From Bacteroidota bacterium (GTDB lineage Bacteria > Bacteroidota > Bacteroidia > Bacteroidales > WCHB1-69): 64,000 bases of DNA. Position numbers and translations under genes: made by a program. Shown here one piece after another: positions 17,256 to 28,123 of the stretch; position 1 is the stretch's first letter; each line of letters begins with the position of its first letter. The stretch is from positions 1,652 through 65,651 of the forward strand of contig WQTS01000138.1 of NCBI GenBank assembly GCA_009786185.1, read 5' to 3'. The notes under the pieces were generated by a model that ran no database searches, was not told the DNA's origin, and saw only the letters and a program-made list of their open reading frames with translations.

Positions 17256-19406
17256 ATGAAAAAAACAGTTTCAATTTTTCTCTTTTTATTTTCCATTATT
17301 TTTTGCTATGCCGACGCGGGCATGTGGCTGCCTATCTTATTGAAACAGAAGGAAGCTGAAATGCAAAAAATGGGCTTTAAACTCACCGCCGAAGATGTGT
17401 ATAGCGTGAATAACAGAAGTATGAAAGATGCTGTGGTGCTCTTCGGAAGAGGGTGCACAGGTGAAATTATCTCCAAACAAGGATTAATTCTCACCAACCA
17501 CCATTGCGGTTATTCTCATCTTCAACGCCTCAGCACGATGGATAACAATATTTTACATGATGGTTTTTGGGCAGCTACCAAGGAAGACGAAATTCCTTGT
17601 CCGGGATTGTCTGTTACTTTTTTAATTTATATGGAAGAAGTTACGAATGATATTTTGAAAGGCATAGAAAATGCTACAAATCTTCAGGAACGCGATGAAA
17701 TCATTGAAAGAAACATTCAAATTGTCGGCGAAAAAGCCATTGAAGGCACGGACTATTCTTATGTAATTAAGCCGTTTTATTATGGAAATCAATATTATAT
17801 GTTCATAAACCGCGTGTATGCCGATGTGCGTTTGGTGGGTACGCCTCCCGAAAATATCGGCAAATTTGGCGGTGATACCGATAACTGGATGTGGCCCCGC
17901 CATACCGGCGATTTTGCGTTGTATCGCGTGTATGCAAATAAGGATGGCGAACCCGCCTTTTACGCACCCGATAATATTCCTCTGAAAACCGAAACTTTTT
18001 TCCCAATTTCTATCAAAGGACTTGATGAGGGTGATTTTACCATGGTATTCGGATATCCGGGAACTACGCACCAGTATCTTATTTCCGATGGTATTGATTT
18101 GGTGGTGAATCATAGAAATCCGCCACTCATTCACCAGCGTGGTGCACGTTTGGATATCATGAAAAAGCACATGGATTTATCGCAAGAAGTTCGCTTAATG
18201 TATTCAGATAAAGCTAATTCAATTTCAAACGGTTGGAAAAAAGCGATTGGAGAGAATAAAGGAATTAAGGAAACCAAAGTATTACACAGAAGAGGTAAAG
18301 AGGAGGCATTTTTAGAATTCTTCGCCTCCCAAGGTGCCGATAACAATAATCGTTTTAAATTATTAAACGAAATAAAAGCGCTTTACGAAACATACAGGGA
18401 ATTGGAAACCAAAGCCGTAACTTTGCGCGAAACTTTTCTGGCAATTGAGTTAGGCAGGTTTATTGAAACCGTACGCCCGTTATTAAAGGAAAAACATCCT
18501 TGGTCGACAGAAACGAAAGCCAAATTATTAGCGCGCGCCAATGCTTTTTATCCTACCTATCATAAACCTATTGATAAAGAGGTTTATGTAGAATTATTGG
18601 ATTATTATTTTAATGTTACGAAGCAAGAATGGATTCCCGCATCGTTGCAACAATATGCCGGTATTGATAGAGAATCCTTGCAAATTATGGCAAAACAATT
18701 ATATGACAATTCTGTTTTCACGAATGCAGAAAAGTTTGCGAATTTTGTAGAAAATGCATCTAAAAAAGAAGTTGAAAGTCTTCACAAATGGTTGAATGAA
18801 AATACAATGTTCTTAGATGCTGATTTGGCATTAATACAATTAAATAAAAATTCATACACCGAAAATACGCTTCCCAACATACGACGTCAAATTGACGCCA
18901 AATATAAAGATTGGGTAGCATTTGCCGCGGCAGATACCACAGGTAGGTTTTTTCCGGATGCCAACTTAACCTTGCGGGTTGCATTTGGAAAAATGGAGGG
19001 TTTTTCTCCTTATAACGGTATGGTGTATTTGCCTTATACAACTACAAGTGGTATCCTTCAAAAAGAAGATCCTGATATTTTTGATTATCAAGTAGATGAA
19101 AGATTAAAAGACATTATCATTTATAAAAATTTCGGACCTTATGCGGATGCAAACGGAGAAATGCGCGTGTGTTTTATTGCGAGCAACCACACTACCGGTG
19201 GCAATTCGGGCAGCCCGATTTTGAATGCCAACGGTGAATTGGTGGGCATCAACTTCGATCGTGTGTGGGAAGGCACCATGAGCGATTTATATTACAATGT
19301 AAACCGCTGCCGGAATATCAGCTTGGATATTCGCTATGTTCTTTTGATTGTGGATAAGTTTGCGGGGGCGGGGCATTTGATTTCTGAAATGGAGATTAGA
19401 GAGTAG
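17256..19406 (+). CDS. S46 family dipeptidyl peptidase (DPP11-like; start reassigned)
   Basis: DAGMW N-terminus, [34 protein letters not shown]. Confidence 0.9.
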   Translation: MKKTVSIFLFLFSIIFCYADAGMWLPILLKQKEAEMQKMGFKLTAEDVYSVNNRSMKDAVVLFGRGCTGEIISKQGLILTNHHCGYSHLQRLSTMDNNILHDGFWAATKEDEIPCPGLSVTFLIYMEEVTNDILKGIENATNLQERDEIIERNIQIVGEKAIEGTDYSYVIKPFYYGNQYYMFINRVYADVRLVGTPPENIGKFGGDTDNWMWPRHTGDFALYRVYANKDGEPAFYAPDNIPLKTETFFPISIKGLDEGDFTMVFGYPGTTHQYLISDGIDLVVNHRNPPLIHQRGARLDIMKKHMDLSQEVRLMYSDKANSISNGWKKAIGENKGIKETKVLHRRGKEEAFLEFFASQGADNNNRFKLLNEIKALYETYRELETKAVTLRETFLAIELGRFIETVRPLLKEKHPWSTETKAKLLARANAFYPTYHKPIDKEVYVELLDYYFNVTKQEWIPASLQQYAGIDRESLQIMAKQLYDNSVFTNAEKFANFVENASKKEVESLHKWLNENTMFLDADLALIQLNKNSYTENTLPNIRRQIDAKYKDWVAFAAADTTGRFFPDANLTLRVAFGKMEGFSPYNGMVYLPYTTTSGILQKEDPDIFDYQVDERLKDIIIYKNFGPYADANGEMRVCFIASNHTTGGNSGSPILNANGELVGINFDRVWEGTMSDLYYNVNRCRNISLDIRYVLLIVDKFAGAGHLISEMEIRE

Positions 19407-19407
19407 G

Positions 19408-21126
19408 TTAAAACTGAAAATAAACAAACGGCTGTAATTCCGAAGTAATAAATTGATATACAACAAAAACAGTAGCTATCACAGCCACTCCGATAACCCA
19501 AAGAGGAAGCAAGGTAAAATTAATTCTATACCACCGTTTCCAGCGTTCCGGTAGCCAGTGGATGATCATTCCCAAAACAAAAAGAAGGAATACAGCTTTA
19601 TAAGTAGCTATAATTTCCGGAATTTGCGCCAAATTCCACGAACCGCCAATTTGGTTTACCATGCTTTTTGCGGTGCCCCATGCGTGCGAGGTTTGTTCCG
19701 CCGGATCTAAATTGGAGCCGGTACGGAAAAACAAGCGGGTGAAAGTGATAAAGACAAAGGTTAAAAATATACTCCATCCTCGATTGAGTTTTGCGAGCGG
19801 CCTTTGGTCAAAAATATCAATATACAAATAGGTTAACAATGCGCCAAGGCAAATTGTACCTGTCCAAATGAGTGCGATTTTGAAGGCGGGAGAAGGGAAA
19901 AGGGAGAAAAGGAGAAGGGAGAAAAGGAAAAAGGATAGTGTGGTATATAAGCGTTTCCGGTTGTTGATGGTGCGCCAGCCTTTGAAAATGAGAATACTGA
20001 TGCCGTTTAATCCGCCCCAGATGATGAAGTTCCAGCTTGCACCGTGCCACAAACCGCCCAACAACATGGTGATCATCAAATTTACATGGGTACGAAATTT
20101 TCCTTTGCGATTTCCGCCGAGCGGGATGTACAAATAATCTTTCAACCATGTGGATAAAGAGATGTGCCAACGTTTCCAAAAATCGCCGGCATTGGTAGCT
20201 TTGTAAGGCGAATCGAAGTTTTTGGGCATATAAAATCCCATCAGCATGGCTACACCGATGGCAATGTCGGTGTAGCCGGAAAAATCGGCATAAATCTGCA
20301 AAGAATAGACAAAAATGGCGGTAAAATTCTCAAAAGAGGTAAATAATTGCGGATTTTCAATCACTCTGTCCACAAAATTAACCGCCAAGTAATCGCTGAG
20401 TATGATTTTTTTCGCCAACCCGTTTAAAATCCAAAAAACAGCAATTCCGAACTGTTTTCTACTCAAAAAAAACTTTTTGTATAATTGCGGCATAAATTGA
20501 CTCGCACGAATGATGGGACCTGCCACCAAACCCGGAAAAAATGTTACAAAAAATCCGAAATTGAAAAAGTTGGGTACGTGCGCAATCCGCCGTCTATATA
20601 CATCGATAATATAACTCAAACTTTGAAATGTATAGAAAGAGATACCAACGGGCAACAAAATATTCCCCACTTCGAAACGTGAACTGCCGGAAAATTTATT
20701 TGCCCACAAAGCCAAATAATTCACAACCTCAATGTTCGTATCAAACATGGAATTATACGTCGAAGTGAAAAAATAGGCATATTTAAAATAAGCGAGCAAG
20801 AATAAATTGATAAAAACGCCGAGAAAAACGAGCCATTTTCGTTTTCGAATATCCACGGTTATATCTATTTTCTTACCGATCCAAAAGCAATTTAATGTGG
20901 TAAATAAAAGCAAGATAACGAACAATCCGGAGGTTTTAAAATAAAAAAACAAACTGGCAAACATCAAAAATATGTTGCGCAAGAGAATTTTATTTTTCAA
21001 CAATGTTAATCCTGCAAAAACTAATGCAAAAAACGCCCAAAAATAAAACTGCGTAAACAGCAACGGAAATTTATCATCAAATGATAAGAGGTTGGTGAAG
21101 AAGAGTTTTATGTTTTCGAATGACAT
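19408..21126 (-). CDS. MBOAT family O-acyltransferase (AlgI/DltB-like)
   Basis: LPVGISFYTFQ, FFP.LVAGPI.R, QIYADFSGYTDIAIG, FWKRWHISLSTWLKDYLYIPLGG, GLWHGA. Confidence 0.9.
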   Translation of the reverse strand: MSFENIKLFFTNLLSFDDKFPLLFTQFYFWAFFALVFAGLTLLKNKILLRNIFLMFASLFFYFKTSGLFVILLLFTTLNCFWIGKKIDITVDIRKRKWLVFLGVFINLFLLAYFKYAYFFTSTYNSMFDTNIEVVNYLALWANKFSGSSRFEVGNILLPVGISFYTFQSLSYIIDVYRRRIAHVPNFFNFGFFVTFFPGLVAGPIIRASQFMPQLYKKFFLSRKQFGIAVFWILNGLAKKIILSDYLAVNFVDRVIENPQLFTSFENFTAIFVYSLQIYADFSGYTDIAIGVAMLMGFYMPKNFDSPYKATNAGDFWKRWHISLSTWLKDYLYIPLGGNRKGKFRTHVNLMITMLLGGLWHGASWNFIIWGGLNGISILIFKGWRTINNRKRLYTTLSFFLFSLLLFSLFPSPAFKIALIWTGTICLGALLTYLYIDIFDQRPLAKLNRGWSIFLTFVFITFTRLFFRTGSNLDPAEQTSHAWGTAKSMVNQIGGSWNLAQIPEIIATYKAVFLLFVLGMIIHWLPERWKRWYRINFTLLPLWVIGVAVIATVFVVYQFITSELQPFVYFQF

Positions 21127-21144
21127 TTTTTTCTACAAAGTGTA

Positions 21145-22029
21145 TTATATTACGCTTAAAACGAACAATAGTGTAATTAATATCAATTCTCCCATAGACT
21201 TGCTTAACGCTAATCCATTTCGTTTATAAGCGTTTACAATATGATAAATTGCAAAAGGGAGAAGACACAGAAAAAGGTATGAGGTAAGAGGTTTGTGTAA
21301 AATGATATTATAAATAACCATAAGTAAAAACGGCACCAAAACCAACAGTGTTTGATAAAGCTTGGCGTTTTTTTCTCCTATAAGAATAGGAATGGTTTTG
21401 CGGTACTTTTTATCGTTTTCCATATCGCGGATGTTATTGAGATTCACTACTCCGGTTATTAAAAAACCCATGGAAACGGCAGGTAGAAATATGATTGCGG
21501 GTAATGTTTTTGTAAATAGAAAAAACGTGCCTGCCACGGTGGTTAAGCCAAAAAAGAGAAATACTGCCAAATCGCCAAGCGCTCTGTAGCCGTAAGGCTT
21601 TTTACCAATAGTGTAAAAAATGGCGGCTAAAATGGCGAGTGCGCCTATAAAAATCATTATAAATGAAGATGTTGAAAAAAGATTGCCAAATGCAAAATAT
21701 ATCAATAAAATACCCGAAATTACAGCGATAGTGGTAAATATTCCTATCATGATTTTCACATCTTTTACGGATAATTTTCCCGACAGCAACATGGTTTCGT
21801 AGCCAATACTTTCAAAAGAGTCGTTGCCGGATTGGTAGTCTCCCACATCATTGGCGAGGTTACAGGTGAGGTGTAAAGCCGCAGCTGTAATTAACGCCAA
21901 ACCAAATAATAGCCACGAAAAATATCCGAAGAAATTTGCCAATAATCCGCCCATAATGATTCCGGATAGGGAAAGCGGCAGTGAAAATAATCGTAAGGCT
22001 TGAATTCTATAATGAAATTTGCGCATCAT
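21145..22029 (-). CDS. menA: 1,4-dihydroxy-2-naphthoate octaprenyltransferase
   Basis: RLFSLPLS, NLANDVGD..SG.D, YT.GKKPYGYRALGD, NNIRDMEND. Confidence 0.88.
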   Translation of the reverse strand: MMRKFHYRIQALRLFSLPLSLSGIIMGGLLANFFGYFSWLLFGLALITAAALHLTCNLANDVGDYQSGNDSFESIGYETMLLSGKLSVKDVKIMIGIFTTIAVISGILLIYFAFGNLFSTSSFIMIFIGALAILAAIFYTIGKKPYGYRALGDLAVFLFFGLTTVAGTFFLFTKTLPAIIFLPAVSMGFLITGVVNLNNIRDMENDKKYRKTIPILIGEKNAKLYQTLLVLVPFLLMVIYNIILHKPLTSYLFLCLLPFAIYHIVNAYKRNGLALSKSMGELILITLLFVLSVI

Positions 22030-22147
22030 TTTGTGTAATTATTGGGGCAAAAATAACAGTTTTGTGGAAAAAAACTATTTTTGCCTGTTAAAATCTGAAC
22101 CGGGGTTTTATTAAGATTTGTAAGATTAACAAGATTTATTATCATTA

Positions 22148-22897
22148 ATGAGAAAATTGCTTCTTTTTTTAGTTTTTTTTGCGTGTTGCTTCTCTTTTTA
22201 CGCGCAAGAAATTGAAATAGGGGAGACCGGTATGGAAGTGATCACTATTAAAGAATGGAATATTTTGTTGGGTTTGAACAGCTCGGGTTTTGGGTTGGGG
22301 TTTCAGCATGGAAAAACGCCTAATGCCAAAGACAAACACTTGTGGGAAATTGAATTTTTGTATCGCATTAGTCATAAAGCGGTGTTGGGCAGGACTGTTC
22401 CGGAAGGCAGAATTTTTCAGTACGGAAAGTTATACGATTTATTTTTTCTTCGCGGAGGATATGGTTACCAGCGCATTCTTACGCATAAACCTTATTACGG
22501 CGGGGTGCAAATTCGCTATTTTTTCAGTTTTGGCGCATCTGTTTGCCTTGGCTTACCCACTTATTTAGAAATTATTAAGATAAAAAACGAAGCATTTTAT
22601 ACAGAAGTAGAGCGATATAATCCCGATGAGCACAGTGTTTCAAACATTTACGGCGCCGCCCGCTTTTTTGACAGGTTTAACAAAATTGCAGTACGCCCCG
22701 GATTTTACGGCAAAGCAGGATTTAATTTTGACTTTAGCAATAATCCATTAACGATGCAAGTGCTTGAGGTAGGCGTTGCTATGGATATGGTATTCCCGTT
22801 TATTCAGCATATGGCATTTAGCAGGGTGCAACCGGTTTATTTTTATGGATATATTGCGTATGCTTTTGGGAGGAAGAAGCCGAGGTATGATTTTTAG
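22148..22897 (+). CDS. Exported protein, probable outer-membrane beta-barrel
   Basis: Signal peptide and aromatic-rich alternating beta strands. Confidence 0.6.
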   Translation: MRKLLLFLVFFACCFSFYAQEIEIGETGMEVITIKEWNILLGLNSSGFGLGFQHGKTPNAKDKHLWEIEFLYRISHKAVLGRTVPEGRIFQYGKLYDLFFLRGGYGYQRILTHKPYYGGVQIRYFFSFGASVCLGLPTYLEIIKIKNEAFYTEVERYNPDEHSVSNIYGAARFFDRFNKIAVRPGFYGKAGFNFDFSNNPLTMQVLEVGVAMDMVFPFIQHMAFSRVQPVYFYGYIAYAFGRKKPRYDF

Positions 22898-22902
22898 TTT
22901 TT

Positions 22903-22996
22903 TAGAACTCTGATGACTCTGATTGAGCAGATAAACTCTGATTCCTCATAGATTATATCAGGAAAATCACGCTTAATCAGAGTCATCAGAGTTCTA
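22903..22996. repeat. Dispersed palindromic element, 'aactctgat' family
   Basis: tagaactctgatgactctgatt ... aatcagagtcatcagagttcta inverted ends between convergent genes. Confidence 0.75.
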
Positions 22997-22997
22997 A

Positions 22998-23489
22998 TTA
23001 TAGTTTGATTTCATCATAAACCTCCATATTGGTAATATCGGTGCTGTTGATATCGAAGCGAATAAAAGTGATGTGGGTGTGGGGACCGAATTTTCCGCCA
23101 CCGCCCGGATTCATAAAAAGCCAGCCATTTTTTGCGTCGTTCATGATTTGTAAAATATGCGAATGTCCCGCTACTACAATGGTGGGATTTGCTTTTTTAA
23201 TTAAAGGTAACACATCATAATCATAATGTTTAGGATTTCCGATGATATGTTTTAAGAAAACAGTATGTCCTTCACATTCAAAAACTTCAATTTCTTTATA
23301 TTTTCCTCTCACATCCCAGCCGTCGCAATTGCCGTAAACTGCTCGTACTTTGGTTATTGTTGATAACTCGTCCAAAATATCGGTGGAAACCATATCGCCG
23401 GCGTGCCACACTTCGTCGCATTGGGCGAAGAAATCGAATATTTTGGGGTGGATAAATCCGTGGGTATCTGAGATAATGCCGATTTTCAT
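22998..23489 (-). CDS. YfcE-family metallophosphoesterase
   Basis: ISDTHG, HAGD, VYGNCD, GHSH, NPG motifs. Confidence 0.88.
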   Translation of the reverse strand: MKIGIISDTHGFIHPKIFDFFAQCDEVWHAGDMVSTDILDELSTITKVRAVYGNCDGWDVRGKYKEIEVFECEGHTVFLKHIIGNPKHYDYDVLPLIKKANPTIVVAGHSHILQIMNDAKNGWLFMNPGGGGKFGPHTHITFIRFDINSTDITNMEVYDEIKL

Positions 23490-23501
23490 AATATTGATAT
23501 T

Positions 23502-25226
23502 TTATTTGTTAATGAATTCTATCGCTTTTTCCAACAATTCGTCTCTGCCGCTTTTTATTCCTTCAATGGTGGGTTCTATATAAATATCAGGAACAATGCC
23601 AACTCTTTGAGTTTTAGTTCCATCAGGATAATAAATGCCAATTCCGGAAATATATGTTTTTAATCCACCCGGCAATGAAATAATAGATACATTGCCATCT
23701 GCACCGGCAGTTGTGCTTCCCATAATAGTTGTGTTAGGAGATGCCTTAAAAGCCATCGCAGTATATTCTGCCTGACTTTGTGTATCTTCATTTACAAGAA
23801 CGACTAATTTACCTTGGTAATAATTTTTTGATTTTGAAATGTAAAGCGGTCCGGTAAATCTAAATTGTCCCGGATTATTTACGCTTCCTATAGTAAATTT
23901 TACAAAAGGTGTGCGCTTTTTTAAGAAATAGGTCCCCAACTTAAACGGAACAAAGGTTGACGGATAGTTACGAATATCAATAATGATTCCTTTTGTATTT
24001 TTAAATGAGTTCTTAATTTCCTTAATATCATCATTTTTAATTGCTTTCAATGTTATATAACCAATATTATCATCTAAAAGTTTATAGCACTTTTCATCGA
24101 CGCCTTTGTTCCAATATTCTTCCATATTCAAATAGTAACTATTATAAAGTTTTAGTGTGCTTTCTTTACTTTGCCCATCAGAAATATACTTAATATCAAT
24201 TATTGACGAATTAGATCTTAATAAATTATGAGCCATATTTCTCAATCTTGCCGCCTCATTCGATGCCGGGTAATACTTTTTGAGGCTATCCACAATCTTT
24301 TCTACAGGTTTCCCTGAAATATGTGTGATGATATCTCCTTTTTGTAGTTTTGCTTTCTCTGCCAATTCAGGTTTAAAATAATCGGTAACCACTAATTTAT
24401 TTTCGATAAATTTTACTACAAAAGGAGCATCTTTATTCCCTTTAATTTTTTGAATTTGATCAAACTCCAAAAGAAAACCGTGTGTATCGCATATTTCTCC
24501 TATCAGCTGAGCAACAGCCAACTCATACTCCAATTCATCTTTGACATTAATAAAAATAGGGATGTACTCTTTGAGCACGTCATCCCAATTTTTGTCGGTC
24601 ATATATTTATATGGAAAGAAATAGTTTATCGTGTTCCAATAGCGGTATAAAGCCAACAATCTGAATCCCTCATCGGGGAAAGGCATATTTGAATAAAGAT
24701 TTTCGTTATTAAATTTTGGATTGCCCACCATGGGCGTCATGCTTATATAATAATGTCTTCCCTGATGCCGATTTTGGTATATCTCTTTCACTTTGTCTTT
24801 CAAGGCATTATCGGCATCGCTGTTTTCTATCCATGATAAATCAGGTTTTATAAAAACTTTTTTAGATGTTTTTTTACCTCTCTTACACACAGGTATTTCT
24901 CCGTATTTGTTTATCCATGAAAGCAATAGCTGGTCGCGTTGTTTTTTGTCGGTTACTTTTAAATAGTCGGGGAGCACGCGAAATAGTTCATAATCCCAGT
25001 TATAATTTCCTTTTCCGATTTCCGGATGATGATACTTTAAAAACCCCCACAATTTACCTAATAGTTCCAAATCATCAATAATTTGGTTATCAAGTTCAGG
25101 GAAAATAATATTTGAACCGTTGTCAAACGCTGTGTCATTTATTGCCGGATAAATTGTGTCTTTTTTTTGGCAATTTAGTGCCAGTAGTACTACCCAAATT
25201 AATGTGATAATTAATTTTTTTTGCAT
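23502..25226 (-). CDS. S41 family peptidase (probable lipoprotein)
   Basis: WGFLKYHHP, IIDIRNYP, TQSQAEYTAM, TAGADGNV, QRVGIVPDI. Confidence 0.85.
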   Translation of the reverse strand: MQKKLIITLIWVVLLALNCQKKDTIYPAINDTAFDNGSNIIFPELDNQIIDDLELLGKLWGFLKYHHPEIGKGNYNWDYELFRVLPDYLKVTDKKQRDQLLLSWINKYGEIPVCKRGKKTSKKVFIKPDLSWIENSDADNALKDKVKEIYQNRHQGRHYYISMTPMVGNPKFNNENLYSNMPFPDEGFRLLALYRYWNTINYFFPYKYMTDKNWDDVLKEYIPIFINVKDELEYELAVAQLIGEICDTHGFLLEFDQIQKIKGNKDAPFVVKFIENKLVVTDYFKPELAEKAKLQKGDIITHISGKPVEKIVDSLKKYYPASNEAARLRNMAHNLLRSNSSIIDIKYISDGQSKESTLKLYNSYYLNMEEYWNKGVDEKCYKLLDDNIGYITLKAIKNDDIKEIKNSFKNTKGIIIDIRNYPSTFVPFKLGTYFLKKRTPFVKFTIGSVNNPGQFRFTGPLYISKSKNYYQGKLVVLVNEDTQSQAEYTAMAFKASPNTTIMGSTTAGADGNVSIISLPGGLKTYISGIGIYYPDGTKTQRVGIVPDIYIEPTIEGIKSGRDELLEKAIEFINK

Positions 25227-25335
25227 TGCGTGGTTTTTATTTTTCACACTGCAAATATGCATGTTTTTTGTTTAGCTTATTGCCGTTGGTTTTCATATCA
25301 GGGTAAACGCATTGAGATTTTTATTTTATTTTTTT

Positions 25336-25465
25336 GGGCGTGCCCACTCGCTTTCCACCCACAATGCCATCACACGCTCGGGTCGCGTGACTACAGGGTA
25401 CGCCTTCGGCTTCCGTACTCGCTACCGCTCGCACCGGCTTCGCCGCCTTCCGTCCCGCTCACGCA
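25336..25465. repeat. GC-rich palindromic MITE/REP-like element
   Basis: gggcgtgccc ... tcgctaccgctcgc ... cccgctcacgca; GC-rich island in AT-rich intergenic DNA. Confidence 0.55.
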
Positions 25466-25524
25466 GTCGGCAGCCTGCATACCTACATGGAAATTACTAT
25501 CTAATATATTCTTGCTCCGGCAGT

Positions 25525-25750
25525 AAAACTCCGAAGGAGTTTTATGTGAATAACCTCGTGCAAGCCGCCAACGGCGGCGCAGCTCGGGGTATGAAAATAC
25601 CCGCCACCCCTCAGAACTCCGTAGGAGTTCAACATCTATCCGCTTTAAGTTGCGCACCTACGGCGCGCTGGGTAAGCACGTTACACATTTCTACCCCGAG
25701 CTGCGCCTTCGGCTTGCACGGGATTATCTATATGCGCCTACTACGTAGGC
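25525..25750. repeat. REPIN-like composite palindrome
   Basis: Palindromes aaaactccgaaggagtttt (25525-25543) and gaactccgtaggagttc (25614-25630); long IR 25550-25591 vs 25692-25727. Confidence 0.75.
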
Positions 25751-25785
25751 ATTATGCGAGAGGCGCGATTCCAATCAAACAGTCT

Positions 25786-28011
25786 TTATTCCTTAATCAT
25801 CTTCTTAACAACTTCCCCTTTATCCGTATTTAACTTAATAAAGTAAATCCCGCTACTAAGGGTTTCGATATTTATTTTTTGATGAGATGATGAGGTAATG
25901 AGATGATTAGATGATACTTTTCTACCGTAAACATCAAAAATTTCAATATCCTCTATTTGTAACTTGTCACTTGTAACTCGTAACTCTCCTTTTGTTGGAT
26001 TCGGATAAACGGTAACCAATTCATCTAAATTGTTTTCAGAAACAGAGCCTCCGATATTATAAGTTTCCGTAACCGTTTCACTTGGAAGCATTCCGGTTTT
26101 AAAAGCTTTTGCTTTAAGTATGTGAATACCGGCATAAAGCACGATCGCATGTTCAAAAAGATGATCGGATGGTGTGGGTTCACCGCCATTGATAGTATAA
26201 TAAATTTCTGCGCCATCGGTTTCACAGGATATTTCTACACTCACACCGGGTGAAAAATTACCAAAATTACCTCCTTCCGGATAAAAAACAGGATTTGCTA
26301 CAACGTCGAGTGCAATAAAAGTTACAGAAATGGTGTGTGATCCCGTCACATTGACAAAAGTGTAAGTTTCAGGTTGTCCATCAATTATTACTCCATTTAT
26401 TAATACATTTCCAATTTTATAACCGTCGTTTGGCGTCATAGTAAAAGTTTGGTCTGCGCCTTCTAATACTATAACTTGTCCTTGTGGCGCGATGGTACCG
26501 TTAGCGCCGGCAGTGGCAGTAATGATATGGGTAGTTGTACCGCTATGCAAAGTAATATCGGTGAGCGCTCTTGGGGCAATTTGTCTGTCTGCATTAAATG
26601 GAATAGCAAATCCCACAACATCGAAAAGCTCTTCGGGGTTGGTTTCGTAGCCGGTAAATGCGCCGTAATGATTTCTACAAATCATGGAAGACTCATTCTG
26701 ATGAATGGGGATATTGGCTGCCGCACCGGTTCCGAAAGTTCCATCATCAAAGGTTACGCCCAGCAATTTTACCAATTGCGATTCGTAACTTGCAAAATTA
26801 GCGAGCAAGTTCTCCATTGTTACAATGGTAGGTGCAACCGGAGTTCCGGGAGTTCCTTGAGCCAAATTTGCAATGGGTATCAATTCATATAAACCGTTAA
26901 AAATAACACATGTGCCGAGAACGCCGCCCGAAATAATGTCGCCATTTTCATAAGTATTTGTAATGGTTGCCGGTGAATTATCGTAGATTAATAAACCGCC
27001 GGTGGCATCTTTTATGTAAATATTTCTTCCATGGCGAAATACGAAAGTAACATCGCCGGTGATTTTGTATACGTGTGTGGTGGCAGTGGGCGTATTGGCA
27101 GCTTTAAAGGCGGCAATATTAGATACTTCCACGGGAAAGCTGTAAGTTGCGGTTGCCACAGCCGAAGGGGTGAGCCCTGCTTTCCATGCTTTGGCTACTA
27201 AGGTTGTGGTAGTCGAAATATTAAGAGGCGTGTTATACACAGCCGAGCTTTCGGTAGGCTCGCTACCATCTAAAGTATAGCGAATAGTAGCGCCTTCGGT
27301 AGTACAGTTTATGGTAACACTTTGAGGCGTTAAATAACTACCACCGGGAGGGGTGAAAGTTGGTGTAGCTACGGTATTGGCATCGGTAAAATCTGTGATA
27401 CAGAGATCGTCAATATTAACGGAATTTTGAGTACCCGATTGTTTGTATTTAATAATTCTGACTCTTACATTGCCCTGTACATTAATTGGCACAGAAAACT
27501 CTTGCATTGCATTAACGGTACTCCATGCGGGAGAAGTTACCGAATTGCCACCCGGCGAAATCCATGTAATTCCTCCATCAGTTGAGTATTCTACAAATAC
27601 AACACCGCCGCTATGCCCACTGTAGGAACCATAATAAAAGCTTACTGTTCCTATTCCATTAGCTTTATCTTGTTGCATTTGAATAACATTGGCACCGGTA
27701 GTATTTTCTCCCGGTATACTCATAGCGCCACTTGCGGGGTCGCTATTATTTGCTCTTAAGCGGATAGATCTTTCGCCAAAACGTCTGTCATTAGCATCCA
27801 TTATACCATATCCCAAGATTAACCAATTACCGTTTGGGGTAGTAACGATACTGCCTGCATAGCCCGGATTTGTCGGATTTATATTTTCAAAATCTTCAAA
27901 CAATCCGCAATCTCCGTTCTTTTGAATCTGATTTTGCGCGTTACTAAATATATTGCAAAACATTAAAAATGATGCAATTAAAATGCCGATTAAAATGTAA
28001 TTTTTTTTCAT
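25786..28011 (-). CDS. T9SS cargo surface protein with two chitobiase/Fn3-associated (CHB_HEX_C-like) domains
   Basis: VATPTFTP.GG.Y...ATIRYTLDGSEPT and VANPVFYPEGG...IYYTINGGEPT; CTD VYPNPT...IFDVYGR...SGIYFIK...KKMIKE. Confidence 0.8.
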   Translation of the reverse strand: MKKNYILIGILIASFLMFCNIFSNAQNQIQKNGDCGLFEDFENINPTNPGYAGSIVTTPNGNWLILGYGIMDANDRRFGERSIRLRANNSDPASGAMSIPGENTTGANVIQMQQDKANGIGTVSFYYGSYSGHSGGVVFVEYSTDGGITWISPGGNSVTSPAWSTVNAMQEFSVPINVQGNVRVRIIKYKQSGTQNSVNIDDLCITDFTDANTVATPTFTPPGGSYLTPQSVTINCTTEGATIRYTLDGSEPTESSAVYNTPLNISTTTTLVAKAWKAGLTPSAVATATYSFPVEVSNIAAFKAANTPTATTHVYKITGDVTFVFRHGRNIYIKDATGGLLIYDNSPATITNTYENGDIISGGVLGTCVIFNGLYELIPIANLAQGTPGTPVAPTIVTMENLLANFASYESQLVKLLGVTFDDGTFGTGAAANIPIHQNESSMICRNHYGAFTGYETNPEELFDVVGFAIPFNADRQIAPRALTDITLHSGTTTHIITATAGANGTIAPQGQVIVLEGADQTFTMTPNDGYKIGNVLINGVIIDGQPETYTFVNVTGSHTISVTFIALDVVANPVFYPEGGNFGNFSPGVSVEISCETDGAEIYYTINGGEPTPSDHLFEHAIVLYAGIHILKAKAFKTGMLPSETVTETYNIGGSVSENNLDELVTVYPNPTKGELRVTSDKLQIEDIEIFDVYGRKVSSNHLITSSSHQKINIETLSSGIYFIKLNTDKGEVVKKMIKE

Positions 28012-28123
28012 ATTGGTTATATTTTTAATATCGCAAAAATAGTTTTTTATAGCTTATTTCTGCAACTCGGCTTTTTTATTTATGATTGCAATGCCTTCGC
28101 CGTTGTTCAGCGGCAATTGCACA

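Noticed and set aside
17109-17296. Apparent head-to-head overlap of rpsF and the S46 peptidase
   Set aside because: Artefact of longest-ORF calling; likely starts are 17137 (-) and 17256 (+) with divergent promoters between
25221-25833. ORFs 25221-25526, 25312-25833, 25391-25657
   Set aside because: Open only because they cross GC-rich palindromic repeats
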